Positions 1-8,447 of a stretch of 64,000 nucleotides of DNA are shown here, one piece after another. The position numbers and the translations under genes were made by a program. The DNA lies in IMG/VR virus record IMGVR_UViG_3300042485_000398, positions 1 to 64,000 of that record; one strand, written 5' to 3'. The notes under the pieces are model-generated. The model was given only the letters and a program-made list of their open reading frames with translations, was not told the DNA's origin and ran no database searches. Source of the DNA: an uncultured virus (IMG/VR IMGVR_UViG_3300042485_000398) (lineage: Duplodnaviria; Heunggongvirae; Uroviricota; Caudoviricetes). How positions within the stretch are numbered: position 1 is the first letter of the stretch; the number at the start of each line of letters is the position of its first letter.

Positions 1-1
1 T

Positions 2-1237
2 CAGAGTAAATCCAGTTACGGATGGCGATGTACCTGTAACAGCAGAAACAGTATAGATGCTGCCCGTCGCATATCCAGAAATAGTACCAGTTCCACCTAG
101 TGTACCAGTAATACGAATACGATCACCAGCTGCTAGAGTAGTTGCGGTGCAAGTAAACTGACCGCCAGTTCCAGAGATAGCAACACCAGCAAGTGCGGTA
201 CGACCAGCAGCAGCAGAGGCAGAAGCAGCCAAACGGAACAGACCAGTTGTAAACCCTAGAGCAGAAACAAAGTATGAAGTTCCGTTTACTAAACCAGTAA
301 CAGCAGTACCACCATTATGATAATACTTAATTTCTTCACCAGAAACTAAACCGTGAGTAGCATAAGTAAACTTCTCTTCAGCAATAGTAACAGCAGATGT
401 AGGCACAGTTCTGCGTGGAACTGAAAGATTTACAGTAGGAGCAGTTTCATATGAAGAACCATTGTCTGTTACAGTGATTGCAGTAACTACGCCACCAGAG
501 ATGGTCGCTGTTGCCTCAGCATCAGCACCACCACCACCTGAGAAACCAACAGCAGGGGTTTCAAGGTAACGTGTACCACCTTGGATTAGAGCAACCGCTG
601 AAATGTAACCACCCGATTGGTCGCCATGAATTTCGCTGCTTCTTACACCAAAAACTTGTGTCGATTCAAAGTCAGTTGATCCAACAGAGGCAACGAAAGT
701 TGGTTTTTCGTGGGCTCTATATGTTTGACCAGAGAATGTAGTCAGAGTTGTTCCTGGATTTGCATTGATAACAGTCGCCACTGTTTCACTAGCAACGGCG
801 ATTACAATCATTTCCTGAGTACCAACACGAACGATATCATTAACAAGAAGAAGATCCGTCACGAACAAGGTGTCTGTACCTGTTAGAGTTCCGCGACCGT
901 AATCTAGACTTAGTGTGAAAGTGTGTGAAGCACCTGAACCATCTGTCGAGGCGATTACTGTTGGATTATTATGTAGTGCCTGTGCTTCAGTAGCAGCAAC
1001 CATGAAAGTATCTGTAGTAACATTAGTTACGTAGTATGTGCTGCCAGATGTCAGACCTACAACAGAAGTTCCTCCACCGTTTGCATATGCAACAGGATCG
1101 CCTAGTTGAAATGGATGGCCTGACGAATTATAAACGCCGGCAGCATGACCTGTGGCGCCATTGAATGTGATAGCAGGTGCAGTAAGAGTTACTGTACCCG
1201 ACACTGATTTACTATCTGCTTTACCCCATGCGGACAT
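2..1237 (-). CDS. Virion structural/fibre-like protein, runs off the window start (not in the ORF track)
   Basis: ATG at 1237 overlaps the upstream stop (TAATG). Manual translation MSAWGKADSKSVSGTVTLTAPAITF...GYATGSIYTVSAVTGTSPSVTGFTL is open to the edge and G/T/S/A-rich. Confidence 0.75.
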   Translation of the reverse strand, partial: MSAWGKADSKSVSGTVTLTAPAITFNGATGHAAGVYNSSGHPFQLGDPVAYANGGGTSVVGLTSGSTYYVTNVTTDTFMVAATEAQALHNNPTVIASTDGSGASHTFTLSLDYGRGTLTGTDTLFVTDLLLVNDIVRVGTQEMIVIAVASETVATVINANPGTTLTTFSGQTYRAHEKPTFVASVGSTDFESTQVFGVRSSEIHGDQSGGYISAVALIQGGTRYLETPAVGFSGGGGADAEATATISGGVVTAITVTDNGSSYETAPTVNLSVPRRTVPTSAVTIAEEKFTYATHGLVSGEEIKYYHNGGTAVTGLVNGTSYFVSALGFTTGLFRLAASASAAAGRTALAGVAISGTGGQFTCTATTLAAGDRIRITGTLGGTGTISGYATGSIYTVSAVTGTSPSVTGFTL

Positions 1238-2565
1238 TAGTTGTCTCCCTTTTTATATTCTTGATCTACAAAGTTAAAAAATTGTTTGCGTTTTTCTTCA
1301 TCAAGTTCCGAGGGAGACTTGATACCATACTGTGTAAGTGCTGCGTCAAATGTGGTCTTATAAGATTCATTCATCTGTGTGAAGGCAGCGATATCAGCCA
1401 GTGCTTCGCCGCGGCGAGATTCCTTTGCAAGAATTTTACGGCCAGCACGGATACGACTATTTAAACGGTTTCCATACTTTCTCATACTATCCAGGTCATT
1501 AACATTTGCAACGACTTCACCCGGTTTAGTCTTTGCCTTATCCATATAAGATTGAAGTTTACCCTTTGAAAGTTCATCGATTGTTTCGACTTCTTCTTTC
1601 ACACCAGCATTCATTTTTTTAGCATGAGCATGTGCAGCCTTGTGCTGGTCAGGAGATGTTTGCTTTGATTGGGTGTCTCCATAAGGAAACGACTTGACCA
1701 CCTTTGATGTCATCAATGCCTGACCCATCGCATCTTTTTTCCCAGTAGGAATTTTTTTGTTCACATGATGTGCGTTATTGGCTGTGTGAACGAAATATGT
1801 TGCTTCTTCCAGATCGACTTCCTCAGTGCGAGAGTTTTTCAAATCGGCGGCGCTAGGTGCACCTTCTGAACCAGGCTTGCGCATACGTTCACCAGATCCT
1901 GATTTAATGCGCTTACGCTTTGCATGAATGTTATCCCAGAGGCCGCGCTTCTCTTCGACTGGCTCGGCTTCTTCATTCTTCTGGGTATTCATTGCCTTCT
2001 TAGCAAGATGTTTGGCAACGTTCTTTACCTTATTGCCGTATTCGTCTTTGCGCTCTCCGGCTTTTTTATATGGACCTTCAAACGGCATTTTTTCTTCATT
2101 CATTTCGCTTTGGAGATAGTTCGCTGCGGTTGAGATATAGTCTTCTGCTAGGGTAATCTTTGATTGAACCCACTCAGGAAGATTTGTATCTTCGCTCATC
2201 GAATCATGCATACGTTGCGAGTTAGCAATGATTGACTTTAGTTGGGACATAGCCATGTCACCTTCATAGTCATACTCTTGCTTCTCTTTAGCTTCGGTTG
2301 CATACGATTTAGCACCAACTCTGGCCTTATTAAAGATAGAATCATCACCCAGAACGATGAACATCATGGAATTTAAGAAGTTTGCCATGATGTCGCGCTC
2401 GGCGCCTTGAAGTGGATAACCACCTTGTATCTTAGTAATAGCTTTGCGCAATAGAGGAATAGTATTCGATGGCATTAGTCCAGCACGGACTAGTTGCTGC
2501 AAACGCATATCCAAATCTACTGACTCTGCCATTACAGTGTCTTTAATTGTTTGTTCGAGTGACAT
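1237..2565 (-). CDS. Putative internal head/prohead core-like modular protein
   Basis: Start MSLEQ at 2565 has SD AAGGAGA. Acidic EE..[ILV]xE linkers, including EEVETIDE shared with the gp68-like ORF, separate basic modules. Confidence 0.55.
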   Translation of the reverse strand: MSLEQTIKDTVMAESVDLDMRLQQLVRAGLMPSNTIPLLRKAITKIQGGYPLQGAERDIMANFLNSMMFIVLGDDSIFNKARVGAKSYATEAKEKQEYDYEGDMAMSQLKSIIANSQRMHDSMSEDTNLPEWVQSKITLAEDYISTAANYLQSEMNEEKMPFEGPYKKAGERKDEYGNKVKNVAKHLAKKAMNTQKNEEAEPVEEKRGLWDNIHAKRKRIKSGSGERMRKPGSEGAPSAADLKNSRTEEVDLEEATYFVHTANNAHHVNKKIPTGKKDAMGQALMTSKVVKSFPYGDTQSKQTSPDQHKAAHAHAKKMNAGVKEEVETIDELSKGKLQSYMDKAKTKPGEVVANVNDLDSMRKYGNRLNSRIRAGRKILAKESRRGEALADIAAFTQMNESYKTTFDAALTQYGIKSPSELDEEKRKQFFNFVDQEYKKGDN

Positions 2566-2591
2566 TAGTATCTCCTTATCCTCTATATTTA

Positions 2592-3029
2592 TCACTTAGA
2601 GGATGCACGGATCATCCAACCGTGTTTTGCATGAACATCTAATCTCTCTTCGAGTAAGTTCAATAAGCCTCTATTATTTTCCGCGTCTGCCAATTTATGA
2701 GCCGAATTAAGTGCTTCAATCACAGAGGCATTTGCGTCATTAAGGTCAGATAACATACCAGATACATCTACACCATAGATATTAGATTCTTTGATAGTAG
2801 TAATAGAAGCAAGTTCTGTCATATTATATGGCGCATATTCATCCAAAGCTCTAATTTGTTCCGCCACGGTGTCTATAGCCGCAAACAGTTCTTCGTAGAT
2901 GTCAGAAAAGAAATCGTGCAGCTGGGAGAAGTCTTTACCTTCTACATTCCAGTGAAAGCCATGCGCCTTAAAATACATTGCATATGTATTTGCCAGAACA
3001 ATTTTAAGGGAAGTATTCAACTCATCCAT
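2592..3029 (-). CDS. dps: Dps, ferritin-like DNA protection protein
   Basis: 145 aa with Dps motifs KAHGFHWNVEG, LHDFFSDIY, DTVAEQIRAL and C-terminal KHGWMIR. Confidence 0.92.
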   Translation of the reverse strand: MDELNTSLKIVLANTYAMYFKAHGFHWNVEGKDFSQLHDFFSDIYEELFAAIDTVAEQIRALDEYAPYNMTELASITTIKESNIYGVDVSGMLSDLNDANASVIEALNSAHKLADAENNRGLLNLLEERLDVHAKHGWMIRASSK

Positions 3030-3030
3030 A

Positions 3031-5289
3031 TTATTTCTTCTTCGTTCTTGCGTTGGTCACGCGGCTCTGGTCACGCTTTCTTTCGCTTTGTTGTAGGCGG
3101 ATTGAAAGTCTTGATACCATTGGTGCCATGCGCTTTACTTGTGCTTCGATACGTGCCTTTTCAGAGGCTGATACAGAAGATGGGTCGCGGTTACGAAGAA
3201 TGCGCTTGTAAACCATTCTACGAGCGGCGCGAATTGAACGAGATTTAATTCTATCAGGTGTAGCAATACGCTTTAGCGCCATATTCTTTGCAAGATTGCG
3301 GCGAGTCTTGTTGCGCATTGCAGCAAATCTTTTCTTTAGACGACCCTGAGGAGTGATGGCTTCATCTAGTTCGCCTTCATTCTCATCTTCGTCTTCTACA
3401 TCTTCGGCATCATAGTATTTACTTAGGTCTTGCCATGAAGAAGATTCAATTTCATTAGTGACATCAGCCTCAATTGCAGCCAAGTCACCCTCGGTCCATT
3501 GATTTACCGTATCGTCGGCGCTCATATCATCTAAACCAGGTAGAGGTGATAGTTGATACGGCGAAGGATAATTTGCAGGTGAGATATTGTCAGTGCAAGG
3601 TCCCATTGTCTGACCCATGGTCTCTTCTGAGATTGCTCTCATAAAATCAGCATGTGATTTGTGGGCGCGCTTGACTAGACTTTCTTTTTCGATTGAAGAC
3701 TTCAACGAGTGATAGCGGTCATTGAACTTCTCTACATGGTTAGGAGCTACGTGGTGTTCTGCACCATCATAGAACTTAACCTTGGAACCAATAGAAGTGG
3801 CTTTACGAAGTTGCATAACAAGATGCTTAGGTTCTTCTGCTCTCTGGACTGCCTTTTTCTTTGCAATATCTTTCTTAGCCTTTGCGATTTTTTTCGGATC
3901 GGCAAGTGTCTTTCGTAGTTTGGCAGCAAATTCAGAACGCTTCTTGGCACCTAGGGCCGAGATTTCGTCGAGTTGTTGTTCTTGGATAGCATCACCAGAA
4001 AATGGATTCATTGCTGGAATCTTATCAGCCGCTAGACCTTCTTGTCCTGGTGTCATAGCTGCCCACTTCTTGCGAAGTTCTGGGCTACCCCATTCGTCTT
4101 CTTTACCTAGTTCTTCTTTGACAGTGCTGTTGTTTAGACGTTTTGCCATAGCACCACGAATTCGCGAGAGAGACCCGACACTGCTCTGTGGTGTTCTTGG
4201 TTTTTCAGCAGCAGGATGCATCGTAGGTTTAGCAATCGGCGGACGTTTTGGTGGCGTTTTCGGCGTATAACCATTACTAACGCTGTGTGCATTTTGGTCA
4301 ATACCATACTCGTTTATCTGCTCGATTTCTTCGTTACAATTCCAGCGGCGTAGTGACATAGCCTTACGGGTTGGACGACCCTTCTCATCCTTCATAGGAC
4401 CTTTCATGCCACCCATGCGGGCGCAGAATGACTTGCGACGACCAGCAGCTTCACCTTTTGGATCCAGCTTACTAGGAGGTGTAGTAACAGCCGTCTTGAT
4501 ACCCATGGCCTTGGCACCCTTACGAGTTAGACCAGCGCCATCTTCTGTGGCACGGTAGTGACCCTTAGAGTCTTCGCCGCGCTCTTCTGGAAGAATTGAA
4601 GACTTAGTTACCTTTGATTTGAATACAGTGTGGTCAACACCGACTCTCTTTGCTGCAACCTTATGTGCATGAGCGGTGTTCTGAGCCTTAACATGGACCG
4701 AACCAGCAGCAACAGCTTTACCAGCATGTTGTTTAGGAAAGTCTACCTTCCACATGCCATATGCTTCTTCGACTTTGTTTGAGACTTCGATGGTCTGTGC
4801 ATTCAATGGCTTCTTGGCTTCATCGCCGTTTGCCGCCTTGTATGCTTTGTCCATATCTTCGTCGCTATCACTTTCTTGTGGCTTTAGACCAGCATTTGAA
4901 TGGTAGCCATACTCACCTTCTTTAGGAAAGCCTTCTCTTGGATAATTATCAGCGGCTTCTTTGACATGACGACCCATGCCACTGGAATAGGTATTGAGTT
5001 CGTATGGGTGTGTGCCGCCCTTGTTGAATACTTGAACATGTACCATGTGCTTCTTGCCACTAGTATGAGTGGCTGGCATACTTACAGAGGTGGTATTACC
5101 TTCGCTTGGCTTCTTTGAGCCAACACCAACGTGCTGGAATCTATCATCGTCACTTACACTAAGACCAGCCTTTTGGTGGTGTGATAGTGCGTGATTGATT
5201 GCATCGGTATATGATTTGTGATACAGTGTGTAATCAGAACCACGAGCCTCTTTCAGTCGCGCCTTTGCTTTCTCAATAATATTAGCCAT
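3031..5289 (-). CDS. Large modular putative internal head protein
   Basis: 752 aa of K/H/R-rich modules separated by [ILV]xE linkers; includes an RRKSFCARMGGMKGPMKD module; late promoter immediately upstream. Confidence 0.55.
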   Translation of the reverse strand: MANIIEKAKARLKEARGSDYTLYHKSYTDAINHALSHHQKAGLSVSDDDRFQHVGVGSKKPSEGNTTSVSMPATHTSGKKHMVHVQVFNKGGTHPYELNTYSSGMGRHVKEAADNYPREGFPKEGEYGYHSNAGLKPQESDSDEDMDKAYKAANGDEAKKPLNAQTIEVSNKVEEAYGMWKVDFPKQHAGKAVAAGSVHVKAQNTAHAHKVAAKRVGVDHTVFKSKVTKSSILPEERGEDSKGHYRATEDGAGLTRKGAKAMGIKTAVTTPPSKLDPKGEAAGRRKSFCARMGGMKGPMKDEKGRPTRKAMSLRRWNCNEEIEQINEYGIDQNAHSVSNGYTPKTPPKRPPIAKPTMHPAAEKPRTPQSSVGSLSRIRGAMAKRLNNSTVKEELGKEDEWGSPELRKKWAAMTPGQEGLAADKIPAMNPFSGDAIQEQQLDEISALGAKKRSEFAAKLRKTLADPKKIAKAKKDIAKKKAVQRAEEPKHLVMQLRKATSIGSKVKFYDGAEHHVAPNHVEKFNDRYHSLKSSIEKESLVKRAHKSHADFMRAISEETMGQTMGPCTDNISPANYPSPYQLSPLPGLDDMSADDTVNQWTEGDLAAIEADVTNEIESSSWQDLSKYYDAEDVEDEDENEGELDEAITPQGRLKKRFAAMRNKTRRNLAKNMALKRIATPDRIKSRSIRAARRMVYKRILRNRDPSSVSASEKARIEAQVKRMAPMVSRLSIRLQQSERKRDQSRVTNARTKKK

Positions 5290-5321
5290 TAAAAGTATCT
5301 CCAGAAGCTAAACGTTTGCTA

Positions 5322-5329
5322 TATTTATA
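5322..5329 (-). promoter_or_regulatory. T4-type late promoter TATAAATA
   Basis: Exact T4 gp55 consensus about 30 nt upstream of the ATG at 5289. Confidence 0.8.
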
Positions 5330-5333
5330 ACAA

Positions 5334-5849
5334 TTACTTCTTCGATTTCTCGGAGTTGATACGGTCAACCTCAGTTTTGTTATCTGCAATCCACTTCTGT
5401 AGAGCAATCAATTGCTGGGCGTTTTGCTGGCATCTGGAGTAGTTTGTGATGATTCCGACGAGGGCCGTAGTGTCTGTAATTCCTGAGGAGGACGCATCAG
5501 AAGCTCGGGTGGGGTCGGCATCACTGGCAGTGGCACTAGAGTCGTGCGTGAACACCCAGCCGTTAGACATAACAGACTGGCTAGGAACAATGTTTTTGGC
5601 GGTATCAATGTAAACATATTCTTTCTCTCTAATTGTGTTTGTTCTATCAACATATTCAGTAACTACATTATTACTTATTTCAGCATTCTTTTTCTCAAGT
5701 TCGGCAACTTGTGTGCTTGCCTTAGCAGCAAATCTTTGTAGTTCTGCTTCGGCGTAGGCAGAGCCCTTCATATATCCATATAGGAATACACCAAGTATTA
5801 AAGCAGCGCCTGCTAGTAACTTATATGGGAGAGGGATCATACCAAACAT
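5334..5849 (-). CDS. Rz-like inner-membrane spanin
   Basis: N-terminal TM helix (LLAGAALILGVFLYGY) followed by a coiled coil; contains a nested lipoprotein ORF; adjacent to a holin candidate. Confidence 0.75.
   Translation of the reverse strand: MFGMIPLPYKLLAGAALILGVFLYGYMKGSAYAEAELQRFAAKASTQVAELEKKNAEISNNVVTEYVDRTNTIREKEYVYIDTAKNIVPSQSVMSNGWVFTHDSSATASDADPTRASDASSSGITDTTALVGIITNYSRCQQNAQQLIALQKWIADNKTEVDRINSEKSKK
5408..5617 (-). CDS. Rz1-like outer-membrane spanin lipoprotein embedded in the i-spanin
   Basis: MFTLIPPKTLFLASLLCLTAG-C lipobox, Pro-rich mature part, purine-rich SD-like AGAGAGAAAG upstream, alternate frame inside the i-spanin. Confidence 0.75.
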   Translation of the reverse strand: MFTLIPPKTLFLASLLCLTAGCSRTTLVPLPVMPTPPELLMRPPQELQTLRPSSESSQTTPDASKTPSN

Positions 5850-5859
5850 ATTTAATTCC

Positions 5860-6108
5860 TTATTCTTCTTCTGACTTCTTTGTTGGTTTCTTAGGCGCAA
5901 ACTTTTCTACACCAGTAATACCAAGAGTGCCGATAACAATATACATTACACCGTTGAAGATAAACTCTTCAATGGTGAAGTCCCAGAATAGATTAGCAAT
6001 GTAGCCAATGGCAATAAGTAGTGTAGCAACAACTGCTACCATACGTTTAGAAGATGGATTACCATTTTCTGACATCATATCTTTGATATATGTTAGAAAT
6101 TTGCCCAT
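5860..6108 (-). CDS. Putative holin (2 TM helices)
   Basis: 82 aa, two hydrophobic segments, charged C-tail, directly upstream of the spanins. Confidence 0.55.
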   Translation of the reverse strand: MGKFLTYIKDMMSENGNPSSKRMVAVVATLLIAIGYIANLFWDFTIEEFIFNGVMYIVIGTLGITGVEKFAPKKPTKKSEEE

Positions 6109-6109
6109 G

Positions 6110-6718
6110 TTAGAGTCCTAGAAACGTTTTGAAGGACAAGGCTTCATGGAGGCCCATGCCACGGCGAACATCTTTATAGAGTTCGCTCTTATGCTTTGTG
6201 GACATTGCACTAGGTGCCATCTTATGAAATTCTTTTTCGTTACCAGCGGCTGCATGTTGGCGCATCTTGGTACCAGAAGCGCCTGCTACACCTGTGTCAG
6301 CATCCGAACGTTCTTTACCAACGGTATGAATGGTAATCTTCTTAAAGTTGTAGTGGCCGTGACGACCTTCTTTGCCATTATACTTATGCGCGAGAGCATG
6401 GAATTCATGTGCGCGGTCTGAACCAACGTGTAAGTGTAAGTGTGTAACACCTTCACTATGAAGTCTTGACATTTGGTGTAGGAGAGTGGGATGTTCTTTA
6501 TCTAGAAGACGAACATTGGCACCTGGAAATGCTCTCTTAGCATGTTTCAACTTCTGTTCAGGCGTCAAAGGATTCTTTTTAGAATCGTGTGTGCCAGTAA
6601 GAACGATGGTATGTCCGTGGGTACCAGCCGTGTTACGAACTTGGTTTACAACAGCTTCATGACCCACGGTGATTGGGTTCATTCTACCTTGTGTGATATG
6701 ATGATGAACGTCAGCCAT
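6110..6718 (-). CDS. HIGH-superfamily (cytidylyltransferase-like) nucleotidyltransferase, His-rich
   Basis: GRMNPITVGH, KKNPL, VGSDR and SGTKMR motifs typical of the T4-like phage cytidyltransferase family. Confidence 0.8.
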   Translation of the reverse strand: MADVHHHITQGRMNPITVGHEAVVNQVRNTAGTHGHTIVLTGTHDSKKNPLTPEQKLKHAKRAFPGANVRLLDKEHPTLLHQMSRLHSEGVTHLHLHVGSDRAHEFHALAHKYNGKEGRHGHYNFKKITIHTVGKERSDADTGVAGASGTKMRQHAAAGNEKEFHKMAPSAMSTKHKSELYKDVRRGMGLHEALSFKTFLGL

Positions 6719-7851
6719 TATTTGCCCTTGCTTGCTCTTAGAATTGCACTGCGCTCTCGGTTAGCTTTCGAGAAGCCTTCGCGGTCAACAACCTTCAGAC
6801 CATGGGCGACATAACCTTCGCCGCCAGCGGCTGCACCATTAATATGCGTCGAGAACCCACCACCGGCGGCACGATCTAATCCTCTAGCAAGATGATTGGT
6901 CGCTTGTTGTAAATGGTGGTGAATTTGAAACGATCTTTGAAAGTGCTTTTTGCTGGCATCTACCTGCGATAGATGAGTATTCATAGTGGCAGTCTTGCGC
7001 TCTTTAGCAGCCGGAGTCTTGACGGCATCTATCAGTTTCTGGTGCGAAGTTTCTAAATGCTTCCTGTATCCTTCGACTGAAGGTTTTTCACCGCTTGTAA
7101 CAGTTCTATTGATATAAGTTCTTAGATGTATTTCATGACCAGGCAGATGCTGATACGAGTGACTTTTCATCAACTTTTCTGCCGCACTCAGATGCTCTTC
7201 TGCTTGGGACTTAACTGTAGAATGAAGTTTGCGCTCTTTGTCTGATACAAGATGTTGTACCATGTGAACATCAGGATGTGATTGAAAGTGCGACATGTCC
7301 GTGATAGGATGTGCGGTTCTTTCTGGACCCTTTAGCTCCGTATGTATAGTAACACTAACCTTGGATTTCTTTAGCTTCTTCGCTTCTTCGCTACCAGCAT
7401 CCGCACGATATTCAATCGTATTTGGAGTATGCGAGATGTGTGAGGTGTATTCTGATCTTCCAGAAGGTTCGCTCATATATCCGCCCTGGTATTCACCGGG
7501 CTTTTTTGGAATTACTTTACCCAGGTGGGCATGAAGTGCTTTCAGAGGACCAACAAGATATGGTTTATGGCCATGTTGCTTTTCAATATCTGCGGCAGAA
7601 TAGTTGTAGTGAGAACCAGCACCCTTATACTTGACACCAATCTTACCATCAGGTGTTCGAATTACATGGAAAGACATTCTATCATCTATCTTACGAGTAG
7701 ATGGTGTTTTCCCACGTGCAACACCACGCAAAGTTTCCAATGCGTGGTGTGCAGCGTCTTGACTATCAAATGATCTATCAGAGGGATGCTCTATATGAGC
7801 AATACCACCAGTGTGGGTCGCCTCAGTGATAAATTGTGTAAAGGATAACAT
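6718..7851 (-). CDS. Conserved T4-like phage protein (DUF6267-like) with ligase-like motifs and N-terminal capsid-targeting-like peptide
   Basis: Starts MLSFTQFITE; HIEH, RKIDD, YQGG, TPNTIEY and GEGYV..KVVDR..FS..N motifs; late promoter upstream. Confidence 0.55.
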   Translation of the reverse strand: MLSFTQFITEATHTGGIAHIEHPSDRSFDSQDAAHHALETLRGVARGKTPSTRKIDDRMSFHVIRTPDGKIGVKYKGAGSHYNYSAADIEKQHGHKPYLVGPLKALHAHLGKVIPKKPGEYQGGYMSEPSGRSEYTSHISHTPNTIEYRADAGSEEAKKLKKSKVSVTIHTELKGPERTAHPITDMSHFQSHPDVHMVQHLVSDKERKLHSTVKSQAEEHLSAAEKLMKSHSYQHLPGHEIHLRTYINRTVTSGEKPSVEGYRKHLETSHQKLIDAVKTPAAKERKTATMNTHLSQVDASKKHFQRSFQIHHHLQQATNHLARGLDRAAGGGFSTHINGAAAGGEGYVAHGLKVVDREGFSKANRERSAILRASKGK

Positions 7852-7879
7852 AAGGGTCTCATCTCTATTGATTACCCTA

Positions 7880-7887
7880 TATTTATA
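7880..7887 (-). promoter_or_regulatory. T4-type late promoter TATAAATA
   Basis: Exact consensus upstream of the ATG at 7851. Confidence 0.8.
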
Positions 7888-7928
7888 ATACTTTCGAATC
7901 ACACTCTCTCTTTTCCATCTACTATTAT

Positions 7929-7956
7929 ATAGTAGCAGATTCTGAGGAAATGTCAA
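7929..7956 (-). promoter_or_regulatory. Sigma70-type promoter with GANTC in the spacer
   Basis: TTGACA-N16-TACTAT; GAATC ends 3 nt before the -10 hexamer. Confidence 0.55.
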
Positions 7957-7965
7957 GCGGTATTT

Positions 7966-8316
7966 TTATGCCAGTATAGCACTCAATTCTTCGGTAACAT
8001 CCACTGCGGTAAGATCGATAGGAGGAAAATCGATTGCACCATTTAGATTGGCTTGGAATGTTTCAGAATTTGTAGGGGCTTCTGCAAAATAAATTTCAAA
8101 TCCAGCTACAGTTTCACGAACAAATGAATCGCCACCTTCAAACATGTGGGAAACTTTATCAAGTTCTTCATTAATCATTTCAAAGGTGGGTTCACCAGTA
8201 AAATACTTGACGATATATTCTTTTGCACCAACTGTCTTCCATAATGGAAGGTCAGCACTACCAACATTTGTCCATACAAATGAGGATACTACAAGTTTAA
8301 GATTCAATTCGTCCAT
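7966..8316 (-). CDS. Hypothetical protein
   Basis: 116 aa acidic ORF with SD AGGA, downstream of the tRNA. Confidence 0.6.
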   Translation of the reverse strand: MDELNLKLVVSSFVWTNVGSADLPLWKTVGAKEYIVKYFTGEPTFEMINEELDKVSHMFEGGDSFVRETVAGFEIYFAEAPTNSETFQANLNGAIDFPPIDLTAVDVTEELSAILA

Positions 8317-8332
8317 ATTATTTCCTAAAAAC

Positions 8333-8409
8333 TGGTGCGCCGTGCAGGACTCGAACCTGCTGCCTCAAGATTAGAAGTCTCGCGCTCTATCCAGATGAGC
8401 TAACGGCGC
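8333..8409 (-). tRNA. tRNA-Arg(UCU)
   Basis: GCGCCGT acceptor stem, TAGCTCATCTGGATAGAGC D-arm, anticodon loop CTTCTAA, GGTTCGAGTCC T-arm, encoded CCA; 77 nt. Confidence 0.95.
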
Positions 8410-8417
8410 ATAACTAT

Positions 8418-8446
8418 TGTATACTACATTTATAACAGTTTGTCAA
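8418..8446 (-). promoter_or_regulatory. Sigma70-type promoter of the tRNA
   Basis: TTGACA-N17-TATACA. Confidence 0.6.
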
Positions 8447-8447
8447 G

